24,000 nt of DNA from assembly GCF_034422975.1 (NCBI RefSeq), contig NZ_CP139873.1, forward strand, positions 619,810 to 643,809, read 5' to 3'. Made by a program: the position numbers and the translations under genes. The notes beneath the pieces were generated by a model. That model did no database searches. It had not been told where the DNA came from and saw only the letters and a program-made list of their open reading frames with translations. Below are positions 23,994 through 24,000 of this stretch, piece after piece. Source of the DNA: Idiomarina sp. PL1-037. Lineage in GTDB: Bacteria > Pseudomonadota > Gammaproteobacteria > Enterobacterales > Alteromonadaceae. Within the stretch, counting starts at the first letter, position 1. The number at the start of each line of letters is the position of its first letter.

Positions 23994-24000
23994 GGATGAT

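Overview
This is a 24-kb mosaic accessory region. It is probably from a marine gammaproteobacterium, which I infer from the rhombosortase plus C-terminal-sorting-tail pair and the Xds/ExeM-type nuclease. The left ~10 kb holds: a 5'-partial secreted S8 subtilase; a decayed Fic toxin-antitoxin locus cut by an IS256-family remnant; a ~1-kb array of 282-bp tandem repeats dense in CCCA-N4-TGGG palindromes; and an LTD+EEP extracellular nuclease with a rhombosortase-type sorting tail. Convergent to the nuclease is a rhombosortase gene bracketed by inverted IS200/IS605-style hairpins. It lies directly downstream of a tnpB-only element whose TnpB has Asn in place of the RuvC-I catalytic Asp. From ~10.4 kb to the right edge is a toxin-antitoxin/defence island. 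In order it holds an IS3 fragment, an AT-rich secreted DUF1566-like protein and a DUF4143-ATPase remnant, then a HipB-HipS-HipT-like tripartite module (or a freshly frameshifted hipBA) and a second, convergent HipBA-like module. AbiEi/AbiEii, a ParD/ParE-like pair and a translationally coupled three-gene operon follow. That operon encodes a 958-aa SMC/Rad50-like coiled-coil ABC ATPase plus 479-aa and 199-aa partners, and is my best candidate for an undescribed or poorly described condensin-like defence system. It may continue upstream of the window edge. I saw no rRNA, tRNA or CRISPR array by eye. All family assignments come from motif recognition only; no searches were run.
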